From IMG/VR virus record IMGVR_UViG_3300035208_002115: a stretch of DNA of 64,000 nt. The stretch is one strand, 5' to 3'. The stretch comes from a virus. Lineage: Duplodnaviria > Caudoviricetes. Below the pieces are notes generated by a model. The model saw only the letters and a list, made by a program, of their open reading frames with translations. It did no database searches and had not been told where the DNA came from. Below are positions 43,840 to 53,066 of this stretch, piece by piece (the stretch's first letter is position 1; each line of letters opens with the position of its first letter). The position numbers and the translations under genes were made by a program.

Positions 43840-43918
43840 TTTTGAGTTGCTAATCTTAACATTTCTATTTCTAAAAACTAAGCCTGAACATCAGACTAAA
43901 GACTAACAAAACCAAAAA
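43840..43918 (-). promoter_or_regulatory. Structured 5' leader (three-way junction)
   Basis: TTGTTAGTCTT/AAGATTAGCAA enclosing AGTCTGA-TGT-TCAGGCT and TTTTTA-GAAA-TAGAAA. Confidence 0.55.
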
Positions 43919-43962
43919 GTTGTTTTTGTATGACACTATATATTAAAAAATAAAGTTCCTTT

Positions 43963-44322
43963 TTAGTAAATTATTTCTTTTAATTTTTCTAACCGAATAA
44001 TTCTTTTTAATGATTCATCGGTTTCGATTTTTATTTGTACCAATCCACTTTCTTCTATTTTAAAATAATTATAATAAGGGTGTAATATACCAAATAACGA
44101 ATAATATTTAAGATAATGAATATTATTTTTCAATAATATTTTAATTAATTCATCAGCAACAATATTACTATTTGTATCTCTTGAAAATGGTACTAACGTT
44201 AAAACAAATTCTGAAGAAATTTTTTCTATTGATGTTAACATCTTGTATTTCTTACAGAATTCTTTTAAAAAATTTATCATTTCCAATGATTCTGTATATC
44301 TGTTTTGTTTGGTATTAATCAT
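43963..44322 (-). CDS. Tandem paralog family member, RxxKL tag
   Basis: Ends IIRLEKLKEIIY. Confidence 0.7.
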   Translation of the reverse strand: MINTKQNRYTESLEMINFLKEFCKKYKMLTSIEKISSEFVLTLVPFSRDTNSNIVADELIKILLKNNIHYLKYYSLFGILHPYYNYFKIEESGLVQIKIETDESLKRIIRLEKLKEIIY

Positions 44323-44696
44323 TCTAAAATTTCTTTTATTTTTTCTTTTCGGTTGTATTTTTTTAAACCATCAAGATGTTTAACTTCTTCTATTTTATAA
44401 AAATTATCACTTAAAATTCTAAAATAGTCACCCCATTGTTTTGGTATGTTGAAATATCCACGAGAAAAAAACCGAATAAATATAATATTATTATCATTCA
44501 AATACTTTAAGAAAATTTTATTATCAAGAATACCTATTAAAGGAACTGTTGTCGTAAATGATATAATAGTTATAATGGTTGTATCTTCGGTTATCATATC
44601 TACAATTACATCAACTCTATAATCATGAATAAAATCGACTAAATAATCACAAAATTCTTTGGCTAAACTTTTATGTTTTCTTAATTCTAATATCAT
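44319..44696 (-). CDS. Tandem paralog family member, RxxKI tag
   Basis: Ends YNRKEKIKEILE. Confidence 0.7.
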   Translation of the reverse strand: MILELRKHKSLAKEFCDYLVDFIHDYRVDVIVDMITEDTTIITIISFTTTVPLIGILDNKIFLKYLNDNNIIFIRFFSRGYFNIPKQWGDYFRILSDNFYKIEEVKHLDGLKKYNRKEKIKEILE

Positions 44697-45043
44697 TCTA
44701 AAATTTCTTTTATTTTTTCACACCTTATAAATTGGTCAAATGAATCATCATCTAAAGATAATTTTTTATTTATAATTTGAGCCAGACCTGTACTATGAAT
44801 TTTGTAATATACATGAGGATAAAATAAAGAATCCCTTAAAAACATAGCATTTCTTCGAATATATATAAACCCAGAATCATATAATAACCTGTAAAAATTG
44901 TCAAAATAAGGTCGAGAAAAATCTTCATCGTCACAAGACAAAATATAAACACCTTTATGATTTATAATAGTCACTTTATCTTTATTATCTGTCAACCAGT
45001 TAATAATTTGCACTTTATCCCGTATATAGTTATAATCTTTCAT
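44693..45043 (-). CDS. Tandem paralog family member, RxxKI tag
   Basis: YRLLYDSGF; ends FIRCEKIKEILE. Confidence 0.7.
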   Translation of the reverse strand: MKDYNYIRDKVQIINWLTDNKDKVTIINHKGVYILSCDDEDFSRPYFDNFYRLLYDSGFIYIRRNAMFLRDSLFYPHVYYKIHSTGLAQIINKKLSLDDDSFDQFIRCEKIKEILE

Positions 45044-45045
45044 AT

Positions 45046-45387
45046 TTAACTTAAAATATTTTTAAGTTTTCGTAATTTAATTATTTTCTTCAATTTATCA
45101 TAATCTTCATTTTCTGTGTCATATAAATGCGTAAGTGAACCATCACTATTTATTTGATTAAAATCATAATACTTAAATGGTATTGATGCATTAACATGTG
45201 TTTCGTATCCAATTTTTATTTTTACAACATAACTGAAACCATCTTCATACAACAAACGGTATGTATCTTTCGTTACATCTAATGTCCTAAATTTAAGAAC
45301 ATATACATTTCTCAGTCCAATAATTTGATAATTGGATTGGTTTTGGTACATCCAATGTGCTATAAATGTCCTTTCATCGTTATTCAT
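45046..45387 (-). CDS. Tandem paralog family member, tag variant
   Basis: YRLLYEDGF; ends IKLRKLKNILS. Confidence 0.7.
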   Translation of the reverse strand: MNNDERTFIAHWMYQNQSNYQIIGLRNVYVLKFRTLDVTKDTYRLLYEDGFSYVVKIKIGYETHVNASIPFKYYDFNQINSDGSLTHLYDTENEDYDKLKKIIKLRKLKNILS

Positions 45388-45727
45388 TGAATATTTCTTT
45401 AATTTTTCGTTTCCTTAAAAATATTATAAGTTCTGTTTCTGATGTAACTTCATCATTTATATCAATGAATTTTAATTTTTCGTTTATTAAAAAATAATAA
45501 TCTTTAAACTCAGGCGAAAATATGGAACTATTTACATCTTGTGTTTTTTTCCTTTTTATAAGCACTCGAACACCATCTTCATATAAAAAACGGAATACTT
45601 CAATTCGGGGTTCTAAAATATCTGAGTAAATCTTAACTACTTTAACATTACCTATATTATTGATAGATATCGCAGACCTATTATCATGAAGAAAACTAAT
45701 CAAATACATTCTATCGATATCAGTCAT
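45380..45727 (-). CDS. Tandem paralog family member, RxxKI tag
   Basis: FRFLYEDGV; ends LRKRKIKEIFNE; TAAATTTG upstream. Confidence 0.7.
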   Translation of the reverse strand: MTDIDRMYLISFLHDNRSAISINNIGNVKVVKIYSDILEPRIEVFRFLYEDGVRVLIKRKKTQDVNSSIFSPEFKDYYFLINEKLKFIDINDEVTSETELIIFLRKRKIKEIFNE

Positions 45728-45790
45728 ATATAATAATTAAAAATACAAATTTAAAAAATAATATATAAATAAAAAATATATTATCATATC

Positions 45791-46348
45791 ATGGAACTAA
45801 ATGAAAAATCTTCATCAAAATCTCAACAAAGATTAATGGGTATGGTTTATGCATATAAAGCTGGTAAGTTAAAACTTGATACTTTAGATAAATCATTAGC
45901 TGATAAAATAAAGAGTATCGCTGACGGGCATAAGACTAAAGACGGTGAAAAATCTAAAGGTATGTCACTAAAAGATGCCGAAGATTTTGCAAAAACAAAA
46001 CATAAAGGATTACCCGAAAAGGTTGAAGAATCTATTATTTCATTTTCCGATTTCACAAATGAATCGATAAAAAAAGAAAAGATTATTGGACAACAAGACC
46101 CAGCACTTTGGCATCAAATACAAATAGCTAAGAAAACATTAAAGTATAGTGATATTGGTGCAGAAATAATGGGTGGTATGACTAAGGATGAAGCCAGAAC
46201 ATTACTGAAAAAATATGATATAAAATTTAAAGAAGAAAAAGAGGTGGAAAGTCCTTTATTTAAGAAATATAAAGACACATTGAAAAAAGAGGAAGATAAA
46301 AAGAATGAATCTTATTTAACATTTGAAAAATTCGTCACAAAAAAATAA
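45791..46348 (+). CDS. DUF3008-like protein with CTS-like segments
   Basis: SKSQQRLMGMV, DFAKTKHKGLPEKV; ISFSDFTNES, ESYLTFEKF; TAATATATAAATA upstream. Confidence 0.7.
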   Translation: MELNEKSSSKSQQRLMGMVYAYKAGKLKLDTLDKSLADKIKSIADGHKTKDGEKSKGMSLKDAEDFAKTKHKGLPEKVEESIISFSDFTNESIKKEKIIGQQDPALWHQIQIAKKTLKYSDIGAEIMGGMTKDEARTLLKKYDIKFKEEKEVESPLFKKYKDTLKKEEDKKNESYLTFEKFVTKK

Positions 46349-46357
46349 AAATATAAA

Positions 46358-46696
46358 ATGAAATTTGTACAAACTTTTGAAAGTTATAAAAAAACAGATG
46401 AGTCCGAAGAATACTGGTGGGTAGTTGTTTACCCAAATACTGATTTAAAAGAGCATAAGACTATTGTTGCTGTTGGATGTAAATCTGATAAATCTGGTGA
46501 TAGTTATGTTGAAAAATTTAATAATATATCTGATATAAAGGTATATAATGTTGAATATTATGGTAAAGCTACCTTGGCTAAAGTTAAAGAATATTACAGT
46601 GATTCAGATAAGGACATGGATTATATTTTAGCACATGATTATAAATCTTTCGGTGAAGTTAACAGGTATGTTTATAAAAAAATATATAAAGAATAA
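46358..46696 (+). CDS. Hypothetical protein, CTS-like N-terminus
   Basis: MKFVQTFESY. Confidence 0.7.
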   Translation: MKFVQTFESYKKTDESEEYWWVVVYPNTDLKEHKTIVAVGCKSDKSGDSYVEKFNNISDIKVYNVEYYGKATLAKVKEYYSDSDKDMDYILAHDYKSFGEVNRYVYKKIYKE

Positions 46697-46764
46697 ATTT
46701 TTTGTTCAATTTTAAGTGATGTTCACGTTACATGAACAAACAAAAATAATAAACATAAAAGGGG

Positions 46765-47079
46765 TTATTTAACTCCTTTTATTTTTTTATAAAATTCTAT
46801 ATATCTTTCTGCTGCTTCCTTATTGTGAAATTGTACTTTATCAGCAATTATAGTTTTACCATCTTGTTTTATTTTAAATGGTGTCCAACCCCAAAAATAC
46901 CTTTTCACGAGTGGTCTAAACAAAATCATGTTACCTTTTTTAACTTCTATTAATTTAAATTGTAAATTTTTTGACGGAAATTTTAAACCATAGGCCGTTA
47001 ATAATTTATATGCTAATAATATAAAAATAAACATCACTATCAATGATATATACCCTTCATAACCAGAAATAAAACTCAT
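46765..47079 (-). CDS. Membrane-anchored protein
   Basis: N-terminal TM; TAATATATAA upstream. Confidence 0.65.
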   Translation of the reverse strand: MSFISGYEGYISLIVMFIFILLAYKLLTAYGLKFPSKNLQFKLIEVKKGNMILFRPLVKRYFWGWTPFKIKQDGKTIIADKVQFHNKEAAERYIEFYKKIKGVK

Positions 47080-47108
47080 AATTTTAATTTTTTATTTTTA
47101 TATATTAA

Positions 47109-47399
47109 TCAAATATTATTAAATATTTTATTTATTTTTTTCTTTCTTAAATTTCTTTTTAAATCACTAATACTACACGTTTTATCACCAACTTTAATCC
47201 CAAATAATTTTAATACATTGCTTTTGTTACTAAATTTATCAAAAATAGATTTTCCGACATAAAAAAGGCAACCTTCATTACCATGTTTTAAAAATAATTT
47301 ATAATCATCTATTGTTTGTTGATAGTAAGTGATACCAGTCCCCATAAAAACAACTTCTATGTTATTATCCAGCAAAAAATCTTTATCCAAATACCACAT
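47109..47399 (-). CDS. Hypothetical protein, RxxKI tag
   Basis: Ends LRKKKINKIF. Confidence 0.65.
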   Translation of the reverse strand: MWYLDKDFLLDNNIEVVFMGTGITYYQQTIDDYKLFLKHGNEGCLFYVGKSIFDKFSNKSNVLKLFGIKVGDKTCSISDLKRNLRKKKINKIFNNI

Positions 47400-47402
47400 A
47401 AT

Positions 47403-48860
47403 TTAAAAATCAAATATTGATGAAAAGAAACCTAATTCTTTTGTAAAAGGTGGGAAACCAAGAGGGTTCATGAACCTATTGATGATACTTAAAAAGGTCT
47501 TATCAAATTGTGTATCAATATCAATTTCTACACCTTCTTTTTCCACCACTTCTTTTGGATAAAAAGACCTAAGATATCCAAAATAGTTTCCAAAATTATC
47601 ACCCTTGTTATGCTTACAATGAAAGTATTTAATCCTTCCAGATTTAACCATATCATACTTGGTTTTATATTCACTGTTTCTATTTAACAAGTAATTATGA
47701 AAGGCTGCTGCTTTAACACCGAAATGTGTACCGCTTTCTACAACGACCGATTGAACATCATCAAATACCTTTTCATTATAATTAGAACAACTGGTTGTCA
47801 TAGATATACTATCAATATTTTCATAACTTTTCCACTCAAAGTCTTTCTTTAATTTTTTAAGTAAATCTCTGAGTGTCCTTTGGTTTATATTATTTGGGTT
47901 ACCAAATATATAATTAATAACTTCGTATACATTTTCTCTCACAAACTCTGGAGTAGATGAACGAACAATTTCAATCCCTTTTGGATAGAAATATGATAAA
48001 TTCTCATGGTGAACTCCATCTTCCCAAACTATATTGTTTAAATAATTTTTCTTTTCAATAAACAATGCTGATTTACTTATTGTTTCCAATTCAAAATCAT
48101 GAAGACTTTTTACTTTATAAGGTGTAGCATATTCATCTAAAAACTTATTGAACATTTTTTTAATCAACACATTATCCATATGTAATATAAATTTCAACCC
48201 ATCGCCTTCAAACCCAACAGAATTAATTATAGGTGAGTAAGATATATAGAGGGAATCCGTATCACCGTAAATTGTAACAGGATTAGTACCTTTATATGCA
48301 GTAAAACCTTCGTAATCTGGTTGGCCTTTTTGAGTAAAATTAGGATTTTGGTCTAATGAATTCACCTTAGAGAAATCGTGTATAAAATATTCATATTGAA
48401 TATCAATTCCCTTATCATTTTCAATATTATTTATTTTTTTAATCTCAGAGATGCTTAAATCACGAACTTCAAGTAATTCAACTAATGTTGATTTGGGATA
48501 TCCAATCTGATTTAAATTTCTATCGTAGAAACAAAACATATTATCTTTAACACCAACAAATTCTAATCCTAATAATGCATGTGCCTCGGTATCATTGTGC
48601 CATTCATAATAAAAATAATGTTCTATTTTATTCAACATAAATTGAATAACATCTCGGCCATGTGCAGTGATAGCATTTGCAATATCAGCATTAGAACAAA
48701 CAAAATGTCTATTAGCGAAAGCCCCATATGTACCATTAATAACGAGCTTCAGTGCTAACTGCATTGCTTTATTATAATCGTATTCTTTTTTCGTTTCGTC
48801 AATAAAGCGTTTTAATTCCTTAATTCTATCCTTTTTAATTGTTAAATCTTCACCTGTCAT
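47403..48860 (-). CDS. Family B DNA polymerase, C-terminal subunit (split gene)
   Basis: Motif B QLALKLVINGTYG, motif C YGDTDS, KKNY, KGIEIVRSSTP; motif A and exonuclease domain absent. Confidence 0.9.
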   Translation of the reverse strand: MTGEDLTIKKDRIKELKRFIDETKKEYDYNKAMQLALKLVINGTYGAFANRHFVCSNADIANAITAHGRDVIQFMLNKIEHYFYYEWHNDTEAHALLGLEFVGVKDNMFCFYDRNLNQIGYPKSTLVELLEVRDLSISEIKKINNIENDKGIDIQYEYFIHDFSKVNSLDQNPNFTQKGQPDYEGFTAYKGTNPVTIYGDTDSLYISYSPIINSVGFEGDGLKFILHMDNVLIKKMFNKFLDEYATPYKVKSLHDFELETISKSALFIEKKNYLNNIVWEDGVHHENLSYFYPKGIEIVRSSTPEFVRENVYEVINYIFGNPNNINQRTLRDLLKKLKKDFEWKSYENIDSISMTTSCSNYNEKVFDDVQSVVVESGTHFGVKAAAFHNYLLNRNSEYKTKYDMVKSGRIKYFHCKHNKGDNFGNYFGYLRSFYPKEVVEKEGVEIDIDTQFDKTFLSIINRFMNPLGFPPFTKELGFFSSIFDF

Positions 48861-48924
48861 AAATTAGTATACATTTTATATTGTATATACTAATAGATTT
48901 AAAAAGTTTGATTTAATGTCATAT

Positions 48925-48960
48925 AAAAAAGAACGGGGTAACATGATTATGTCACCCCGT
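48925..48960 (-). terminator. Rho-independent terminator after sigma gene
   Basis: ACGGGGTGACAT-AATC-ATGTTACCCCGT-TCTTTTTT. Confidence 0.85.
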
Positions 48961-48996
48961 ATCTACCTAAATCCAACCAAACCCTACATCAAATTC

Positions 48997-49848
48997 TTAT
49001 AAATGTTGTGTTAATAATTTTCTTGACCGTGATTTTAATTTTCTTAGAGCTTTTTCCCTGATTTGTCGAATACATTCTCTGGTTAATTTAAACTGGGCAG
49101 CAATCTGGTCTAAATTCATCTCATCATGACCAATACCATATGACATTTGAATAACCAAACGTTCTCTTTCATTTAATGTATTCATAACCGTATTCAAATC
49201 GATAGATAATGACGATTCGAAAGAAGATTTTTCTGGTGATAAGGATTCTTCATCAATCATCAAATCACAGTAACGGGTATCTTCGCCTTCAATTGTTGGT
49301 GCATCTATTGATAATGCTTTTTTATCAGCAAAGAAAACACATTCCATACCTTTCAAGGAAAATTCATCCTCAATTTCATGATAAGTGGCCTCACGTTCAA
49401 GTTCCTGAGTTTTTTTATTAAGAGCTTTATTGAGTTGATTCATTTTACCAATTTGATTCAACGGTAAACGAACAATTCTCGAATTCTCAGCTAATGCTTG
49501 TAATATACATTGACGAATCCACCAAACTGCATATGAAATAAATTTAAAACCTTTCGTGTGGTCGAATTTTTCGGCTGCTTTTATTAAACCAATATTTCCT
49601 TCATTAATTAAATCAGCCAGAGATAATCCTTGGTCTTGGTATTGTTTTGCAACTGATACAACAAATCGAGTATTAGCTTTAACTAAAGATTGTAGAGCCT
49701 CAGTGTCTCCCTTTTTAATTCGTATTGATAATTCAACTTCTTCATCAGTATTCACCATATCCAACTTGGATATATCATTTAAATATTTTTCAAGAGTTAA
49801 TGATTCGTGTCTTCTGGTGATTTTTTGTCCAATTTTTAATTGTCTCAT
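48997..49848 (-). CDS. rpoD: RNA polymerase sigma-70 factor, Bacteroidota RpoD-like (no region 1.1)
   Basis: MRQLKI.., ANTRFVVSVAKQY, DLINEGNIGL, KFISYAVWWIRQ, LTRECIRQI. Confidence 0.9.
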   Translation of the reverse strand: MRQLKIGQKITRRHESLTLEKYLNDISKLDMVNTDEEVELSIRIKKGDTEALQSLVKANTRFVVSVAKQYQDQGLSLADLINEGNIGLIKAAEKFDHTKGFKFISYAVWWIRQCILQALAENSRIVRLPLNQIGKMNQLNKALNKKTQELEREATYHEIEDEFSLKGMECVFFADKKALSIDAPTIEGEDTRYCDLMIDEESLSPEKSSFESSLSIDLNTVMNTLNERERLVIQMSYGIGHDEMNLDQIAAQFKLTRECIRQIREKALRKLKSRSRKLLTQHL

Positions 49849-49924
49849 TCGATTTATTAGATTAAGGTAATCTCAATATGATAAGACAAAAATAAAAAAT
49901 AAAAATAATATACCAAATAAATTA

Positions 49925-50572
49925 TTATTTTATTTTGTAAATAATTTTATATTTTCCATTATTCAGTAATTCAACAGATATTATTTTAAAATTAGTAGAT
50001 ATACTATCCATCTGAGCAGTAGTAGCATTCCTCATTGTAAGTATAGTTGTACCATAATCTTCTCCACTTTTAATTATACTAATACCACTGGTGGAACTTT
50101 CATCTTCTGGACTTTTATTTATTTCATCGATAGCAGTCTTAACAGTTTGGTTTATAAGTCTTTGATTGTCTTCTTGTCTTAATAATAATGCACTTTTTAA
50201 TAAACCTTTATTTTCTTTACCATAATCAATTAAAAGTTCCATCTGTCCTTGAACAAAACCTTGATACGAACTCATCAATGTAGCGGTGGTTATTATATTA
50301 TCAGATAATTTTTTATCTACCATTTTAAAACCAGAATCAGTTTTAGCATTCAACTGATTTAATTTTAAATTAATATCATTAACAGTTGTTTGAATTGCCA
50401 CAACTCTATTTTCTATATTATTTATTTTATTAAATCTGTCACTTTTCATAACACCAAGAGTGAAAGCACCAATAATAAGAGTTAATGAAATATAGAGAAT
50501 CCATTTTATTATAGTCTTAGATTTTGCTGGATTAATAGATATGTCATCAAGAAGTTCTTTTACATATTTCAT
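49925..50572 (-). CDS. Membrane-anchored coiled-coil protein
   Basis: One TM plus coiled coil; TAATATATATAAATA upstream. Confidence 0.65.
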   Translation of the reverse strand: MKYVKELLDDISINPAKSKTIIKWILYISLTLIIGAFTLGVMKSDRFNKINNIENRVVAIQTTVNDINLKLNQLNAKTDSGFKMVDKKLSDNIITTATLMSSYQGFVQGQMELLIDYGKENKGLLKSALLLRQEDNQRLINQTVKTAIDEINKSPEDESSTSGISIIKSGEDYGTTILTMRNATTAQMDSISTNFKIISVELLNNGKYKIIYKIK

Positions 50573-50636
50573 ACTTTTACATTATTTTTATTTATATATA
50601 TTAAAAAATTATAGCTCATTTTTTATATATACAAAC

Positions 50637-50945
50637 ATGGACAATAAGTTAAAAGCTGAAATTATCAGTAAAATTAAAAAAGTTATAAATGAATATCTAT
50701 CATTTAAAGTGGATATTAAACATTTAAGAAAATATTTTAAGAATAAAACTTCGTTTAAAAATTTTCTTAAAGATATTAATTATATCGGAAAAAAAGATTT
50801 CGATAATAGTGAAGATTATGAAAAAGAAATGCGAAAAATATTGAATGATATTATTGATGATAAGGAAGCAACTATAAAAGATAAAAAATTGAGTGAAAAC
50901 ATTGTATCGAATTACAACGAATTCATAAAAAATAATAATATTTAA
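50637..50945 (+). CDS. Hypothetical protein
   Basis: ATG 50637 (MDNKLK) after TATATATA. Confidence 0.65.
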   Translation: MDNKLKAEIISKIKKVINEYLSFKVDIKHLRKYFKNKTSFKNFLKDINYIGKKDFDNSEDYEKEMRKILNDIIDDKEATIKDKKLSENIVSNYNEFIKNNNI

Positions 50946-51455
50946 ATGAAAATTAAAAGATTTAATGATTATAATTTATTCGAAAATTTTTATATACCAA
51001 ATGTTAATATTGATGAATTTTTAACAAATGTAGAATATGCAACAGACTTACATAAAACTGCAATTGAAAAAAAATATGGAACATTTAAACAGTATATTGA
51101 TATAATCGATGAAAAAAAACATTTAATTAAAGTAAATGATATCACTGGTGATATTTTAAACAATAACCGAGTTATAATGAACGTGTATTGTTTTCATAAT
51201 GATGAAATAGATAAAATAAAAGAAAATATCACGAATTATTGTGTCAATATGTTTTATACAGAGATGCCCACAAATATTACTATTTTTAATGTCAATGTAT
51301 CACCTATTAATTTAATTAATAAAGAAGCACTTAATAAATTATTTACAGAAAAAATCTCCAAAGATGATGTGTTGAATATATTATCAGTCCTTTTTAAAGC
51401 TGATTTGGAAGGAGTTCAAAATGATTTTGTAATATGGAAAAAGAAAGATGTGTAA
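50946..51455 (+). CDS. Hypothetical protein, CTS-like N-terminus
   Basis: MKIKRFNDYNLFEN. Confidence 0.7.
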   Translation: MKIKRFNDYNLFENFYIPNVNIDEFLTNVEYATDLHKTAIEKKYGTFKQYIDIIDEKKHLIKVNDITGDILNNNRVIMNVYCFHNDEIDKIKENITNYCVNMFYTEMPTNITIFNVNVSPINLINKEALNKLFTEKISKDDVLNILSVLFKADLEGVQNDFVIWKKKDV

Positions 51456-52219
51456 AATCATTTGAAGACTATATATCCGATGATTTAACCGAACCGACTA
51501 ATGAGTATTTAGATTTTTTAAAACCTAATCCCATTAAAATTAGCAAAAAAGTTGCAGATGAAATAATAGATAATCCACAAGTAATAGGCGGTTATCATTA
51601 TCACTTGAATAGAATAATGTTATCCGAAGATATTATAAGAGTTTTATTAGAAAGACCTTTACTGGTCACATTTTTTCAAGATATATTATATAAATTAAAC
51701 AATGACCAAAAAACTCTATTATTAAATACAAGACCCGAATTAAAATATAATTTTGACCACATGAAAAAATCAAAATACGTTAAACAGTTTGAGGATTATA
51801 CTTGTACGTATTTTTCCGATGCACTCAGAACAGATATGGTTGATGAAGTATTGAAGAAAATAAAAAATGGTGATATAGATGAATTAGAATTTCATACTGA
51901 AGAACCAAATTATGACGATTTATTAGACCCTTGGAATGGTTATGAATATCAAACATTCATACAATATATACCAGATGAAAATAAAATGATTTATTTTGAA
52001 GGTTGGTCAAAAGAATGTTGGAAATCTTTATATGCCAAACCAGAATATAAAGGAATAAAAAAAGAAAAAGCGATAGAAAAAGTCGTAAAAGAACGATTGA
52101 CACCAGCATTAGAATCGCTTGGATTAAAATTTGATGAATTAGAATATTGGTGGCAAGAATCAAATGTAGATGATGTTGATAATGGATATATAATGAAAGT
52201 TTCTTACATTATTAATTAA
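51434..52219 (+). CDS. Hypothetical protein with two CTS-like segments
   Basis: VKSFEDY and YVKQFEDY. Confidence 0.7.
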   Translation: MEKERCVKSFEDYISDDLTEPTNEYLDFLKPNPIKISKKVADEIIDNPQVIGGYHYHLNRIMLSEDIIRVLLERPLLVTFFQDILYKLNNDQKTLLLNTRPELKYNFDHMKKSKYVKQFEDYTCTYFSDALRTDMVDEVLKKIKNGDIDELEFHTEEPNYDDLLDPWNGYEYQTFIQYIPDENKMIYFEGWSKECWKSLYAKPEYKGIKKEKAIEKVVKERLTPALESLGLKFDELEYWWQESNVDDVDNGYIMKVSYIIN

Positions 52220-52425
52220 GCCAACCTCATCATATTATAAAATTCAAATTCTGAATCATTCAAGCAAGTATACTCAATTAATCTCCAGCCTCTTTCTTTG
52301 GCCTGAATGATTTCTTTATCTGTAAATGATTTTTTATGAGTTTCTTCATCCCAACTATTTGAAAATTTATAATCGGGGCTTAACTAAACGTATCTTTTAT
52401 TAAATGTGGTATTATTATCTTCCAT
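52216..52425 (-). pseudogene. 69-codon ORF interrupted by in-frame TAG at 52384-52386
   Basis: MEDNNTTFNKRYV*LSPDYKFSNSW...GWRLIEYTC...MRLA. Confidence 0.5.
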
Positions 52426-52727
52426 TTTCTTATTATTTTTTCAACAAAATTAACAAATTTATTTAATGAAAAAGGTTCTTTAGGTAATTTTCTCCAGTAC
52501 GTAACACGAATATAATCTGGATTATTTTCAAAGTCATCGATTTCGTAGTTTTCCCATTTTTTTGTTTCAATGTTATAAAATAAAATTTCATAACCGCCAA
52601 AACCATTACCTAAATTACCAAATTTCGCAGTATAACATAAAACAAACGCATCATCTTCAGGTAATCTACATTTTACTGAAGTCCAACCTCTCATTTTAAA
52701 AAATAAGTTATACCATGTTTTAAACAT
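52380..52727 (-). CDS. DUF551-like protein
   Basis: WTSVKCRLPE...VTYWRKLPKEP. Confidence 0.7.
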   Translation of the reverse strand: MFKTWYNLFFKMRGWTSVKCRLPEDDAFVLCYTAKFGNLGNGFGGYEILFYNIETKKWENYEIDDFENNPDYIRVTYWRKLPKEPFSLNKFVNFVEKIIRKWKIIIPHLIKDTFS

Positions 52728-53066
52728 AACTCATTCACATCAATATCAAAAGATTGTGATAATCCATCTACAATTCTTTTATTTAAGATGTTAAATCCGT
52801 GAGCAAAGTAAAGAAACTCTACTAATTGCTCTATTGTAAAAATTTTTTCCATATATTATAATTTAGATTTACATTTACATAAACCATTGATAGGTTTGTT
52901 GCCACATGCTACACACAATCCAGCAGCCAATCTTTTGTTCTTTTTTTCTTCAAATTTTTTAGACATATTTCCACCATCACACCTAAAAGCATAACAATAT
53001 GGACATAAGTCTTCTGACATAGTTCCATCTTTTTTTATTCCTCTCGGTTTTCTATTCTTCACCATA

